The position numbers and the translations under genes are program-made. This document shows, one piece after another, positions 39,456-49,534 of a stretch of 64,000 nucleotides of DNA. The notes under the pieces were generated by a model, which saw nothing but the letters and a program-made list of their open reading frames with translations, had not been told where the DNA came from and made no database searches. The stretch spans positions 1,939-65,938 of the forward strand of contig JAGOUR010000002.1 in assembly GCA_018061145.1 (NCBI GenBank), in the 5' to 3' direction. Each line of letters opens with the position of its first letter. Position 1 is the stretch's first letter. Source of the stretch: Minisyncoccota bacterium. Its GTDB lineage: Bacteria > Patescibacteriota > Minisyncoccia > Phycocordibacterales > UBA9973.

Positions 39456-41153
39456 TTATTTGAAGTATTCAGGCTTGTAAACAGACATGTAGTCGATCAT
39501 CTGACTAGCTACACGCGTAGCATTGCCACTGGCAGCTTTTGGTCCACGCTCCATCATAACAACAAAAGCATATTTTGGATTCTCGTACGGGAAAAATCCT
39601 ATTATCCACGAGTTTGTATTTGTATTGCCTAGGCCGACCTGGGCTGTACCAGATTTTGCAGCTACTTTTACACTTGCAAGATTCAACGACATAGCAGTTC
39701 CCTCTGTCACAGCCATACGCATACCCTCGCGAATATATTTCATCTTCTCTTCATCTATTTTTATGGTGCTTTTTTTATTTTCCATATCTTTGTCATTGTG
39801 CAGTAGATGTGGGGTGACAAGATTACCACCATTCACGAGTGATGCTGTGGCGCGAACCATCTGTATGGGTGTGACCTGGAATCCATACTGACCGATAGAG
39901 GTGTTGTATGTGTCTCCCACTCTCCATGGATCTCCCTTGAATGTTTTTATCTTCCATTCTGGAGTAGGTATGTTCCCCTCTTTTTCATTAGACAAATCTA
40001 TGCCAGTCTTGGAAGCTATTCCAAAAATACGTGCATAGTCATCTATCTTTACTATACCGAGACCCTTTTGATCTTTGAATCCGCCACCGATAGCATAGAA
40101 ATATACGTCAGAAGATACGGCTATCGCCTTTTTCATGTCCACATACCCGAAAACTCCGTGGTCTTTAAATACTGATTTTTTCTCTGGAAAATATGGATTA
40201 GGTATCTCGATGGAACCATTGGATAATATGACTTTGAATGGACTTATCACATTTTCAACGAGAGCACCGTACCCGACAAAAGGTTTTACTATTGAACCCG
40301 GAGTATACAATCCATTTACAGCCCGATTCAAAAATACTTTGCGACTATCAGTAAGGTACCCACTGATCACTTGCTTGTCTTTACCTAGAGATAGTATCGC
40401 AGGGTTGTATTCTGGATAACTAGTCAGAGCTATTACTTCTCCACTATTGATATCCATCAAAACCCCAGCCCCTCCAGAAAATCCTACGCTACGAGCCATG
40501 TCTGTTATGTATGAATATAATTTATTTTGTATATCAGCATCTACCGAAAGATAAAGTTCATCTCCGGGAGTAGGAGGAGAGACTATATTCTCAGATTGAA
40601 CGACGCCTTTTACATCAGTCTCCGTGATTCGAACACCATTTTTACCCTGGAGGCGTTTGTCATAAAATTTTTCTACGCCATCTTTGCCGACAAATCCATC
40701 CTGCCAGTAGACACCTTTTGCGTCTTTAGCTGGTACACTGACATATCCTAATACATGAGCAAATCCAGATAGAGATGTATAAGTTCGAGTCGGGGCTTCA
40801 AATTTGCCACTCTGTATATCCCAAGTATTCCAAGCTAGCAACTTGCCATTTCTATCATATATCAGACCCCTATCTGCAAAGATTGGCTGTTTTGCCAGAG
40901 TATTGCTCTCGCTCTTTTTCAGATAAGCTTCTCCCTGGTGTATCTGCAGCACTCCGAGCTTCCAGATAAAGGCGCCACCAAAAAACAAAAAAAATACACC
41001 GAGTAGTACTACGACTTGCTTGCCTATTGGCTTTTCGATGCGTCCTTCGAATTGCTGAGTATTGAAATTTGGTAAATTTTTCGAATCAAGAAAAATCTCG
41101 TCCGGAGCGATCTCGACATCTCTGTATTTATTTTTAAAAAATCTTAATTTCAT
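39456..41153 (-). CDS. penicillin-binding protein 2/FtsI-type transpeptidase
   Basis: N-terminal TM, then the PBP dimerisation domain, then the transpeptidase motifs including KSGTAQV (KTG box). Confidence 0.85.
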   Translation of the reverse strand: MKLRFFKNKYRDVEIAPDEIFLDSKNLPNFNTQQFEGRIEKPIGKQVVVLLGVFFLFFGGAFIWKLGVLQIHQGEAYLKKSESNTLAKQPIFADRGLIYDRNGKLLAWNTWDIQSGKFEAPTRTYTSLSGFAHVLGYVSVPAKDAKGVYWQDGFVGKDGVEKFYDKRLQGKNGVRITETDVKGVVQSENIVSPPTPGDELYLSVDADIQNKLYSYITDMARSVGFSGGAGVLMDINSGEVIALTSYPEYNPAILSLGKDKQVISGYLTDSRKVFLNRAVNGLYTPGSIVKPFVGYGALVENVISPFKVILSNGSIEIPNPYFPEKKSVFKDHGVFGYVDMKKAIAVSSDVYFYAIGGGFKDQKGLGIVKIDDYARIFGIASKTGIDLSNEKEGNIPTPEWKIKTFKGDPWRVGDTYNTSIGQYGFQVTPIQMVRATASLVNGGNLVTPHLLHNDKDMENKKSTIKIDEEKMKYIREGMRMAVTEGTAMSLNLASVKVAAKSGTAQVGLGNTNTNSWIIGFFPYENPKYAFVVMMERGPKAASGNATRVASQMIDYMSVYKPEYFK

Positions 41154-41407
41154 TTTTGATAAAAAATTATATACTTTTTTGAATAGTTCAAACTAAAAAA
41201 GATAGCGAGGATCGAAACTGAAAATATAAATGGTGTGATGAAATATCCCTGTGGAGTGTATACACTATACAAGAGGATACATACCAGGAAAAATTCATAA
41301 TAATTTTTAAAGATAAAAACCCCAAAAGTCACAAATAATACTACCAAGTACCAAGGTAGTATAAAAAAAGAGACAATTAAAGCAAGGGAAAATATCAATC
41401 TCTGCAT
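41150..41407 (-). CDS. small integral membrane protein (85 aa) overlapping the PBP2 start; possibly MreD-like
   Basis: Highly hydrophobic. Its position immediately upstream of PBP2 suggests MreD. Confidence 0.35.
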   Translation of the reverse strand: MQRLIFSLALIVSFFILPWYLVVLFVTFGVFIFKNYYEFFLVCILLYSVYTPQGYFITPFIFSVSILAIFFSLNYSKKYIIFYQK

Positions 41408-41443
41408 TTAAACATTATACGACACAAGGGGTTTTAGGCAAAA

Positions 41444-42280
41444 TTAACTAAAACTGAGCTTTCTGTATATGGACCTGATGATGAGGAATAGAACAAAAGC
41501 TATAACCAGATAAAACACAAAAGGGGTACCGAAAATAAAAGAGAAAATCCCTAGGAAAAATAGCTTTATATAGGCGATGGGCTTGTCAGCTCCACCGAGG
41601 CTCTTCTTCTCTACTTTTTTTGAATCAGATACTGCAGTCCCCTTTACTGTATTCTTGTTATTGATAGATTCAATTTCTTTTTTAGTCTCATCCTTGGACA
41701 CCGTTATCTTTGTGTATGTCTCATCACGAAAAGTATCTACAGAGGAAAGTGAATCTGATATTGGGCCACCGATAGAGCTAGGCAGTATATCTGACAGATT
41801 TGCTTTTGTCTCGTCCAGCTTATTCTTTATCGCATCAGTACTAGATACAGGGGTCCCATCTATCTGCTCGATTAATTTAGAGACGAATTTGCGATCTTCT
41901 TCTGTTTTATTCCTCTCGAGGACGACAGGTGAAGACTTGCCAGATTCGATAATCTTGGAAGCTAGTATTTTGGCAGAGATAACGTGATCCCCAGCTGTCA
42001 CCTTCCATGAGATAGATACATTCTGTATGGAGTCCTTTGGTACAGAGATGGACCGAGTGCCTAGTATCACATTCTTGTCATAGAATTCTACATTGGCCTG
42101 GAGAGGATAATTGTCCCCATTCCATACTGCCGTATATATTTTTACTGTCTGACCCTCTATTAGAGGATTCTCGGAATACCAAATCTGCCCCGGGATGAAT
42201 CCAGTATTTGCGACATCAGCAGCATAGACATTCCCACAGAAAAAAGTAAAAATAATTAAAATAAATATTTTATATTTCAT
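41444..42280 (-). CDS. hypothetical exported protein with a signal peptide and a C-terminal TM anchor
   Basis: ORF only. Ser/Thr/Lys-rich. Confidence 0.45.
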   Translation of the reverse strand: MKYKIFILIIFTFFCGNVYAADVANTGFIPGQIWYSENPLIEGQTVKIYTAVWNGDNYPLQANVEFYDKNVILGTRSISVPKDSIQNVSISWKVTAGDHVISAKILASKIIESGKSSPVVLERNKTEEDRKFVSKLIEQIDGTPVSSTDAIKNKLDETKANLSDILPSSIGGPISDSLSSVDTFRDETYTKITVSKDETKKEIESINNKNTVKGTAVSDSKKVEKKSLGGADKPIAYIKLFFLGIFSFIFGTPFVFYLVIAFVLFLIIRSIYRKLSFS

Positions 42281-42293
42281 TGTTTATATTGTA

Positions 42294-43601
42294 TCACGCG
42301 AGTAGACGGTCTCCAATCATAAAAGCATCCCCGGCACCCATCGTGACTATGACGTCTTTATCATGTAGACCCATCATGCTGAGAGTCTCGAACGCACTAT
42401 CAAAATTAGCAAACGATGCAGAATTATTTTTATGCTTGTTTGTCTCTTCAGATAAAATTTTTGAGGATACTGTACCATCGTCCACTTCACGAGCGGCATA
42501 TATAGGCAGGAAGAGCACATTGTCTGCAGATACAAAACTCGTAGCAAAATCTGCTAGCAATGATTTCGTACGGCTATATAGATGTGGCTGGAATACAATA
42601 GTCAGACGGTACCCATCTTCTGCTAGATACAACTCGCGAAAACCCTGGAGACTAGCCTTTATCTCTGTGGGGTGATGAGCATAATCATCGTATACGACAG
42701 CACCACTTTCAAGCTTGCCTTTGTATTGGAATCGTCTCCATGTGCCAGCAAAATTCACCACTGCACCCCTAGCATCATCATCTGTGATACCTAGGCATGT
42801 AGCCACGGCTACTGCACATGCTGCATTTTTCTTGTTGTGTATACCAGGGATTTTCAATTTTAAATCTGCATCATAAAAATCTTGGTAGTTTATGATTGTG
42901 GCTTTTGTATCAGCGATGACATCTGGGATATTGTTGTCATTTGGATCACATATTATAAATCCATCTTCAGGAACCTTCATAGTCAATTCATGAAAAGCAC
43001 TTTTTATATCTTCGATATCTTTGTAGTAGTCTAGGTGATCCTCCTCTACATTTGTAATCACCAAAATCTTTGGGCTCATATTCAAAAACGATCGGCGATA
43101 CTCACAAGACTCTGAGATAAATATACCGCTGTGGCCGTATACAAAATTTGTCCCATCAGATAGCAGGCTACCCACGACGACAGTCGGATCCCTCTCTAGA
43201 TCTCTAAATATCTGAGCAGTCATACCCGTAGTAGTAGTCTTGCCATGAGTACCAGTGACGGCTATCGTGTACTGGCCTCTCGATATCTCGCCTAGCATTT
43301 GAGGATATGAACGTATTGGAATATCTTGGAATTTCAATTCAGAGAAGAATTTTTCATCGTAGTATTCAATAGCTATAGTATAGACTATCAGATCTGCATC
43401 TGTGGGAATATTCTCTATTGATTGTGACAGTACGATATCTGCACCGAGAGAAGATAAGTCAGCTGTTATGTTTGACTCGTGCACGTCTTGACCTGAGACC
43501 TTTTTACCTATAGATATCATCATACGAGCAATAGCCGAGATACCAATCCCGCCTATTCCTATAAAGTGCACATGTTTAATTTTTGATAAGTCGATGTTCA
43601 T
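42294..43601 (-). CDS. murC: UDP-N-acetylmuramate--L-alanine ligase
   Basis: HFIGIGGIGISA, GTHGKTTTT, the full Mur ligase architecture. Confidence 0.9.
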   Translation of the reverse strand: MNIDLSKIKHVHFIGIGGIGISAIARMMISIGKKVSGQDVHESNITADLSSLGADIVLSQSIENIPTDADLIVYTIAIEYYDEKFFSELKFQDIPIRSYPQMLGEISRGQYTIAVTGTHGKTTTTGMTAQIFRDLERDPTVVVGSLLSDGTNFVYGHSGIFISESCEYRRSFLNMSPKILVITNVEEDHLDYYKDIEDIKSAFHELTMKVPEDGFIICDPNDNNIPDVIADTKATIINYQDFYDADLKLKIPGIHNKKNAACAVAVATCLGITDDDARGAVVNFAGTWRRFQYKGKLESGAVVYDDYAHHPTEIKASLQGFRELYLAEDGYRLTIVFQPHLYSRTKSLLADFATSFVSADNVLFLPIYAAREVDDGTVSSKILSEETNKHKNNSASFANFDSAFETLSMMGLHDKDVIVTMGAGDAFMIGDRLLA

Positions 43602-43672
43602 CCCGATACTAAATTTTAACTGTTAATTTTATAATTATATCCCGTAATCAAAAATTTACTACGGGACAGGTA

Positions 43673-45073
43673 TTATTTAAATTTCTTTACTAATTTTACA
43701 AATTCGTCATTGCGCTCATATTCATTGTTGTATTGAGAGAAAGAAGAAAAGGCTGGAGAGAACAGAATAATGTCGCCCTTTTTTGCAGATGAAGTAGCAG
43801 TATCAAATGCCTGCTTTAAATTTTCAGTCTTTATACTTTCCACCTTCAACTTCCGGATAGGGCCTAAAGCGCTATCTGAGATTAACTTATTAGTACCTGT
43901 ACCTGGAATAGTCACTACCAATTTACAATATTTATTAATAGCTTTTACAAAATCTGTTACCGGAATGTTCTTATCATTCCCACCACAAATAAGTATTATT
44001 CTTTTCTCCGCTAGGTCTTTCCTAGCGGAGGTTGCTAAAGCTTGTAAACCAGAAATAGTTGCCTCTGGAGTAGTAGCATTATTGTCATTGTAGATCTTTA
44101 TTCCGCGGATATTTTTCACGAGTTCCAGGCGACCTTCGAGTCCCCCAAAATCTTTCACAGCTTTTTTGATTTTTGACTCTGGTATACCAAAAATTTTTAC
44201 TACCTCGACAGCGCAGGCCATATTCTCCATCTGATGAACACCCGGTACTGCGAACTTCCAATCCGATACTGTATTTGGCTTTACTACTACGAGCTTGCTC
44301 TGTATATCTTTTGGTATCAATTTCTTCATACCCGGACTGATCACTAGTGTATCCCCCGCCTTTTGATATTTAAAAATATTGGCCTTGTCGGCAAAGTATA
44401 GGTCCATATTGTCCCGATAGTAATTCATATGGTCGGTCATAAAGCTAGTGAAGACAGAAATATGCGGAGAAAAACCATGTTCACCTGTCCCAAGAAACGA
44501 ATGTGGAGTGGGACCAAAACCTTGGAGCTGCCATGAATCGAGCTCTGCCACGAGGATATCTCCATCTTTTACTTTTGAAAGAAGTGGGAGTGTCGCTACA
44601 CCGCGTACATTGCCACCAATGAAGACACTCTTGTTTAAAAATTTCTCTTGAGATTTTAATATCTCGTAGATCAAGTTTGTCGTCATGGATTTTCCACGAG
44701 TACCAGTGACTCCAATGATTTGCACACCTGGTGCACACTTTGCAAAGAGTGATACATCCATCTCGATCGGAATATTGTTCTTCATCGCCTCGGCGATAAA
44801 TACAGAATCCATAGGCACACCTGCAGATTTAACAATCATATCCCTATCACGAAAATCCTCGAGCCTATGCTCGCCTAATACGAATTTTATATTTGGGAAT
44901 TTAGAGAGGGCTTTTACTGAAGTTGCTAATTGATCAGAATTCTTCAGATCAGTCACTATCAAATCAGCCCCACACTGTGCAAGGAATTTGGTATAACCTA
45001 GGCCTCGACCGAGTAGTCCTAGTCCCATAATCGTTATTTTTTTGTCCTTAAATAGATTCTTGTAGTTTTTCAT
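43673..45073 (-). CDS. murD: UDP-N-acetylmuramoylalanine--D-glutamate ligase; start at the internal MKNYKNL
   Basis: ITIMGLGLLGRG, GVTGTRGKS. The longer ORF-track entry reads through a terminator hairpin. Confidence 0.85.
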   Translation of the reverse strand: MKNYKNLFKDKKITIMGLGLLGRGLGYTKFLAQCGADLIVTDLKNSDQLATSVKALSKFPNIKFVLGEHRLEDFRDRDMIVKSAGVPMDSVFIAEAMKNNIPIEMDVSLFAKCAPGVQIIGVTGTRGKSMTTNLIYEILKSQEKFLNKSVFIGGNVRGVATLPLLSKVKDGDILVAELDSWQLQGFGPTPHSFLGTGEHGFSPHISVFTSFMTDHMNYYRDNMDLYFADKANIFKYQKAGDTLVISPGMKKLIPKDIQSKLVVVKPNTVSDWKFAVPGVHQMENMACAVEVVKIFGIPESKIKKAVKDFGGLEGRLELVKNIRGIKIYNDNNATTPEATISGLQALATSARKDLAEKRIILICGGNDKNIPVTDFVKAINKYCKLVVTIPGTGTNKLISDSALGPIRKLKVESIKTENLKQAFDTATSSAKKGDIILFSPAFSSFSQYNNEYERNDEFVKLVKKFK

Positions 45074-45114
45074 TGAGAGCTCATTATAACACAAAACACC
45101 GTATTTTAAACAAA

Positions 45115-45148
45115 AAGAAAACAGCCCTAGGAGCTGTTCTTTTTTAAA
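45115..45148. terminator. hairpin terminator between murE and murD
   Basis: AAAACAGCC-CTAGG-AGCTGTTCTTTTTT. Confidence 0.5.
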
Positions 45149-45162
45149 AAAAATTATTTGGA

Positions 45163-45408
45163 CTAATGTCCTTGTCTTGGGTAGTTGCCACCATGGCGAC
45201 CTTGCCCGGAGCATTTACCGCCACGTACACCATCTTCTTCATTGTGATGAGTGCCTGTTTCGATATTTTCAATTCTCTCATTATATCCCTCATCCATCTT
45301 TGTATGAGGAACCTTGGCATCTCCATTTTCAGCTGGAGTAACTGTTTCTTTATTTGGCATAGGTTTGGGATTTTTTACAATCATCACATTTAAAAAACAA
45401 AATGTCAA
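45163..45408 (-). CDS. possible small G/H/E-rich protein (73-81 aa) in the murE-murD gap
   Basis: ORF only. It ends just before a terminator. Confidence 0.2.
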   Translation of the reverse strand: MTFCFLNVMIVKNPKPMPNKETVTPAENGDAKVPHTKMDEGYNERIENIETGTHHNEEDGVRGGKCSGQGRHGGNYPRQGH

Positions 45409-45445
45409 TAAAAAAAACCGCAGGCTTTCACTTGCGGCTATTTTA

Positions 45446-46861
45446 TTACTTTAAATATTTTTTTAATTCCTCCATATCATCAAAATGATTTTTTATGCCA
45501 TTTATCTCTTGATATTTTTCATGCCCCTTGCCAGCTACCAATATATAGTCCCCTGGCACAGCCATCTCGCAAGCTTTCTGTATAGCCTCGTGCCTATCTG
45601 CTATGACATATACATCCTCTACATCCTCAGGTAGTCCAGCGCGCATATCTGCGAGTATATCCTCAATCTTTTCACTACGTGGATTGTCTGAGGTGAGGAT
45701 GACAATATCACTATCCGCATATGCAATCTGAGCCATCATCGGGCGCTTTGTCTTGTCCCTCTCACCACCACATCCAACTACAGTGATGACCCTACTATTT
45801 GTAGATTCATCTCCTGCAAGGCGCAGAGTCGTCTGCAATGCATTCTCTAGTGCATCCGGAGTATGTGCATAGTCGACGATGCCAGTGATACCACTGTCTG
45901 ATTTAAAATAATTAAATCGTCCCTCTACTGGATCGAGCTTTTTTATCTCAGATATTAATCTTTCGTCCTCTATACCCAGGAGTGATGCCGCGCCATATAC
46001 AGCGAGGACATTGTACATATTGAAATCGCCGATCAATCTGGATTCCAATTTTGAATCAAAAGATGCCGGTTTTTTAAAACCATAGAAATATTTTTTTGCT
46101 TTTGTATCTAGGAGCATTGTCTCACCACTTCCATCATCGACATTCGCCAGAGCAAAAGCAGTATCATGCAGACCGTCAAAGAAAGATTTTTTTGCATTCA
46201 GATAATTCTCAAAATCTTTATGATAATCCAGATGATCGTGAGTCAGGTTTGTAAATATACCCCCAGCAAAAGATAGCCCAGTGATTCTCTTTTCAGCAAC
46301 AGCATGAGAAGAGACTTCCATAAAACAATACTCACAACCAGCATCAACCATAGTAGATAGTATATTATTCAAAGTGATAGCATCTGGAGTAGTAGGTATG
46401 ATTCTCTTGGAATCGATGATTTTATCACCTATCTTATCAGCGACAGTAGAGATGAGACCAGTCTTATGGCCCAAGTTTGAAAAAAGATTATGCGAAAGAG
46501 TAGATACGGTAGTCTTGCCATTTGTGCCAGTGACACCTACTAATTTTAATTTAAAAGATGGATGATTATAAAAATTGTGCGCGATGATACCGACTGCTTC
46601 TTTTGTGTCGCAAACTTTTACATAAGCCACCCCGTGAACGTATTGATCTAAATCCGCCTGGTGCACTATAACCTTTGCACCCTTTGATATCACATCATCG
46701 ATAAAATTGTGTCCATCGGTCACATGTCCCTTTATGGCCACAAAGAGTGAATTATCTACTATCTCTTTATTTGAAAGTGAGACAGATGAAATAGATACAT
46801 CTACATTGCCGTGTGTATCTAGGACCTCTATATTCTTGATGATATTTGATAGTAGCTTCAT
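45446..46861 (-). CDS. murE: UDP-N-acetylmuramoyl-L-alanyl-D-glutamate--2,6-diaminopimelate (or lysine) ligase
   Basis: VGVTGTNGKTT, the Mur ligase C-terminal domain. Confidence 0.85.
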   Translation of the reverse strand: MKLLSNIIKNIEVLDTHGNVDVSISSVSLSNKEIVDNSLFVAIKGHVTDGHNFIDDVISKGAKVIVHQADLDQYVHGVAYVKVCDTKEAVGIIAHNFYNHPSFKLKLVGVTGTNGKTTVSTLSHNLFSNLGHKTGLISTVADKIGDKIIDSKRIIPTTPDAITLNNILSTMVDAGCEYCFMEVSSHAVAEKRITGLSFAGGIFTNLTHDHLDYHKDFENYLNAKKSFFDGLHDTAFALANVDDGSGETMLLDTKAKKYFYGFKKPASFDSKLESRLIGDFNMYNVLAVYGAASLLGIEDERLISEIKKLDPVEGRFNYFKSDSGITGIVDYAHTPDALENALQTTLRLAGDESTNSRVITVVGCGGERDKTKRPMMAQIAYADSDIVILTSDNPRSEKIEDILADMRAGLPEDVEDVYVIADRHEAIQKACEMAVPGDYILVAGKGHEKYQEINGIKNHFDDMEELKKYLK

Positions 46862-46921
46862 ATATATACTATAAACCCTTTGTAGAATAAAAAAAAGCCC
46901 CCTAAAAGGAAGCTTTTTTTC

Positions 46922-47497
46922 TTAATGTGAAGTTGATAAAAAATCAATAACGGCTGTTTTTGTTTCATTAATTGCTTTTTCAAGATCAATATTTTCAATT
47001 ACAACATCAGCATCCTTGATTTTTAACATCTCCTTTTTTGCAATAGCTAGTCTTTCACGTAGAGATTCCTCTGTTTCAGTATTTCGCAAGCGGAGCCTCT
47101 GCTCTAAGACATCCAATGGTACATAGATAAAAATAACAAGAGCATCACGTCCAAAATATTTCTTCAAACTTGCGGCACCACGAACTTCTACATCAAAAAA
47201 AATAACCTTACCTTCATTGTGCAGCCTTTCAATTTCTGATTTTAAAGTTCCATAAAGATTACCGCAGTATTCTTCATATTCTACAAAATCACCTCTCGCA
47301 ATCTTGTCTTTAAATTCTGACTCAGAAAAAAAATGATAATTTTTACCATCTACTTCTCCTGGTCTTTTAATACGAGTAGTACCACTCACTGAAAAAGAAA
47401 AATTTGAAGACTGACTCATTACATTTGATGTAATGGTAGACTTACCAGCCCCAGATGGAGCACAGATTATAATAGCTTTTGGTTTGTTTGTTTCCAT
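46922..47497 (-). CDS. gmk: guanylate kinase; start at the internal METNKPK
   Basis: ICAPSGAGKST, SVSGTTR, YGT. Confidence 0.8.
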   Translation of the reverse strand: METNKPKAIIICAPSGAGKSTITSNVMSQSSNFSFSVSGTTRIKRPGEVDGKNYHFFSESEFKDKIARGDFVEYEEYCGNLYGTLKSEIERLHNEGKVIFFDVEVRGAASLKKYFGRDALVIFIYVPLDVLEQRLRLRNTETEESLRERLAIAKKEMLKIKDADVVIENIDLEKAINETKTAVIDFLSTSH

Positions 47498-47576
47498 AAA
47501 ATGTTTATTTCTTTGATTTAAAATAACATATTTATAAAGTATAGTCAAAAAGGCTTATATTTGCTATATTCTATTT

Positions 47577-48803
47577 ATGAAAATTCTAGCGATAGAGACA
47601 TCTTGCGATGATACAGGGATAGCGATCCTCGACGCGCGAAAGAGTGGAAAGAGTAGCCACTGTCTACACATGATGGCAAATGCAATACAATCCCAGCCCA
47701 TTCATACGAACTATGGTGGTGTATTCCCTATGATGGCAAAGCGCGAGCATGGAAAAAATATCGTACCCGTTTTTGAAAAGGCACTCAAAGATGCAGGGTT
47801 ATACAAATTAAAAATTAAAAATGAGAAATTAAAAATTGATGAGGTAAAAATAAAAAAGATACTCTCAAGAGAAAATGACTTATCAGAAACATTCATAAAT
47901 TCAATATCTAAGATAGCCAAGCCAAAGATAGATGCCATAGCTGTGACTGTGGGCCCGGGCCTCGAGCCTGCACTATGGGTAGGTATTAGCTTTGCTAAAG
48001 CACTGTCTCTCGCATGGGATCTGCCGCTACTACCAGTGAACCATATGGAGGGGCATATATTATCTATATTGATGACCGATGAAGGGAAAATACCAGAGAT
48101 ACAATTCCCTGCTCTTTCACTACTCGTATCTGGCGGACATACAGAGCTAGTACTCATGAAAGACTTTGGTAAATACAAAGTCATCGGCCAGACCCGTGAC
48201 GATGCAGCCGGTGAAGCTTTTGACAAGGTAGCCCGCATGCTATCCCTGCCATATCCTGGCGGACCAGAGATTTCTAAATTGGCAGCAGGACATCGAAAGA
48301 ATTCAAATACATCCACCTCCCCCGCATTGGCGGGTACTCCTCAAGAGGAGAATATAATTAAATTACCTCGCCCAATGATACACTCAGGGGATTTTGATTT
48401 TTCATTCTCTGGACTCAAAACTGCAGTCCTATATCTACTCCGCGACCTAGGAGATATAAATGATGAACAAAAAAAAGAAATAGCTTGTGAAGTAGAAGAT
48501 TCGATAGTAGAGGTACTCACATACAAGACAATCAAGGCCATAGAAAAATACAAGATACAGACACTGATAGTAGGTGGTGGAGTATCTGCAAATACGCACC
48601 TACAAAAAATATTGAGAGAGAAAGTAGGTTTAAAAATTAAAAATGAAAAATTAAAAATTAAAGTATACTTCCCTACTAAAAAACTTTCTACTGACAACGG
48701 CCTGATGATAGCTATCACTGGATACTTTAACTACATCAAAAAACCAACAAAAAAATCCCCGCCACTCTCAAAATTGAAAGCAAACGGGAATTTGGGGTTT
48801 TAA
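47577..48803 (+). CDS. tsaD: tRNA N6-adenosine threonylcarbamoyltransferase TsaD (Kae1/YgjD), with two K-rich in-frame insertions
   Basis: MKILAIETSCDDTGIAIL, GVFP, VSGGHT, SFSGLKT. At 408 aa it is about 65 aa longer than the usual roughly 340 aa. Confidence 0.85.
   Translation: MKILAIETSCDDTGIAILDARKSGKSSHCLHMMANAIQSQPIHTNYGGVFPMMAKREHGKNIVPVFEKALKDAGLYKLKIKNEKLKIDEVKIKKILSRENDLSETFINSISKIAKPKIDAIAVTVGPGLEPALWVGISFAKALSLAWDLPLLPVNHMEGHILSILMTDEGKIPEIQFPALSLLVSGGHTELVLMKDFGKYKVIGQTRDDAAGEAFDKVARMLSLPYPGGPEISKLAAGHRKNSNTSTSPALAGTPQEENIIKLPRPMIHSGDFDFSFSGLKTAVLYLLRDLGDINDEQKKEIACEVEDSIVEVLTYKTIKAIEKYKIQTLIVGGGVSANTHLQKILREKVGLKIKNEKLKIKVYFPTKKLSTDNGLMIAITGYFNYIKKPTKKSPPLSKLKANGNLGF
48763..48803. 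repeat. direct repeat copy 1 (the 3' end of tsaD)
   Basis: CACTCTCA...TGAAAGCAAACGGGAATTTGGGGTT, a 25-nt identical core, repeated at 49480-49520. Confidence 0.6.
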
Positions 48804-48807
48804 TTAC

Positions 48808-49398
48808 CTAACTTTTTTTACTAAGTTTTTCTTGTGCATTAAATAAATCATCCATAGATTTTCTATTCATTTCTCTAATATAATCTGGCTTATCGAGCCA
48901 AAAAGACAAAGAAATAATTTGCATTTTTTTAATTTCTTCTTTCGACATATCTGATTGATGACACCCAACCTTAAAAACACCATCGAGCGATTCATTTAAA
49001 AGTGACAATGAATTCATAAAGTCTTCTAAATTTACAAATCCAGAATTTTTAATACTGAGAGTTTCGATGCGGTACAAAGTAATTCCGATAAATCCATACA
49101 TATGATCACGTATCATCTTGAAAAGATTATGTTTTGGATCATTAGGATTATACTGCAAGTCAAAAGAAAAATTCAATTCAAAAAACTTCTTAAATTTTTC
49201 AGGTATCTTATTTTTAATTTCATTAAACAAAACAGCAAAAACTTCTTCTTGTTTTTTAGCCTTGAGGCGATCAACTCTAGCTTGGAGAGAATTAGCATAG
49301 TTGTCATATTCATAACAAAAATTTAGAGCTCTACCAAGAGAATAATCAGAATCAGTAGATGTCTTTGAGACGTTGATTTTAGGTTTTTGATTTTCCAT
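48808..49398 (-). CDS. hypothetical protein (196 aa) bracketed by the att-like direct repeats
   Basis: ORF only. No motif recognised. Confidence 0.5.
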   Translation of the reverse strand: MENQKPKINVSKTSTDSDYSLGRALNFCYEYDNYANSLQARVDRLKAKKQEEVFAVLFNEIKNKIPEKFKKFFELNFSFDLQYNPNDPKHNLFKMIRDHMYGFIGITLYRIETLSIKNSGFVNLEDFMNSLSLLNESLDGVFKVGCHQSDMSKEEIKKMQIISLSFWLDKPDYIREMNRKSMDDLFNAQEKLSKKS

Positions 49399-49479
49399 AA
49401 TTATTAGTTTTAAAGTTTCTTTTTTCTCAGATTACCACTTTTTAAAATTAAGTCAAAGAATAACACAAAAAAACCCGTT

Positions 49480-49520
49480 CACTCTCATCTCTGAAAGCAA
49501 ACGGGAATTTGGGGTTCTAA
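49480..49520. repeat. direct repeat copy 2
   Basis: Same core, TGAAAGCAAACGGGAATTTGGGGTT, preceded by CACTCTCA. Confidence 0.6.
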
Positions 49521-49534
49521 AAAAATAACAAGAA

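Noticed and set aside
45074-45393. N-terminal extension of the murD ORF and the overlapping ORFs 45144..45326 and 45166..45393
   Set aside because: The extension reads through a terminator hairpin, and the conserved MurD N-terminus starts at 45073. The plus-strand ORF is hydrophobic nonsense from AT-rich sequence.
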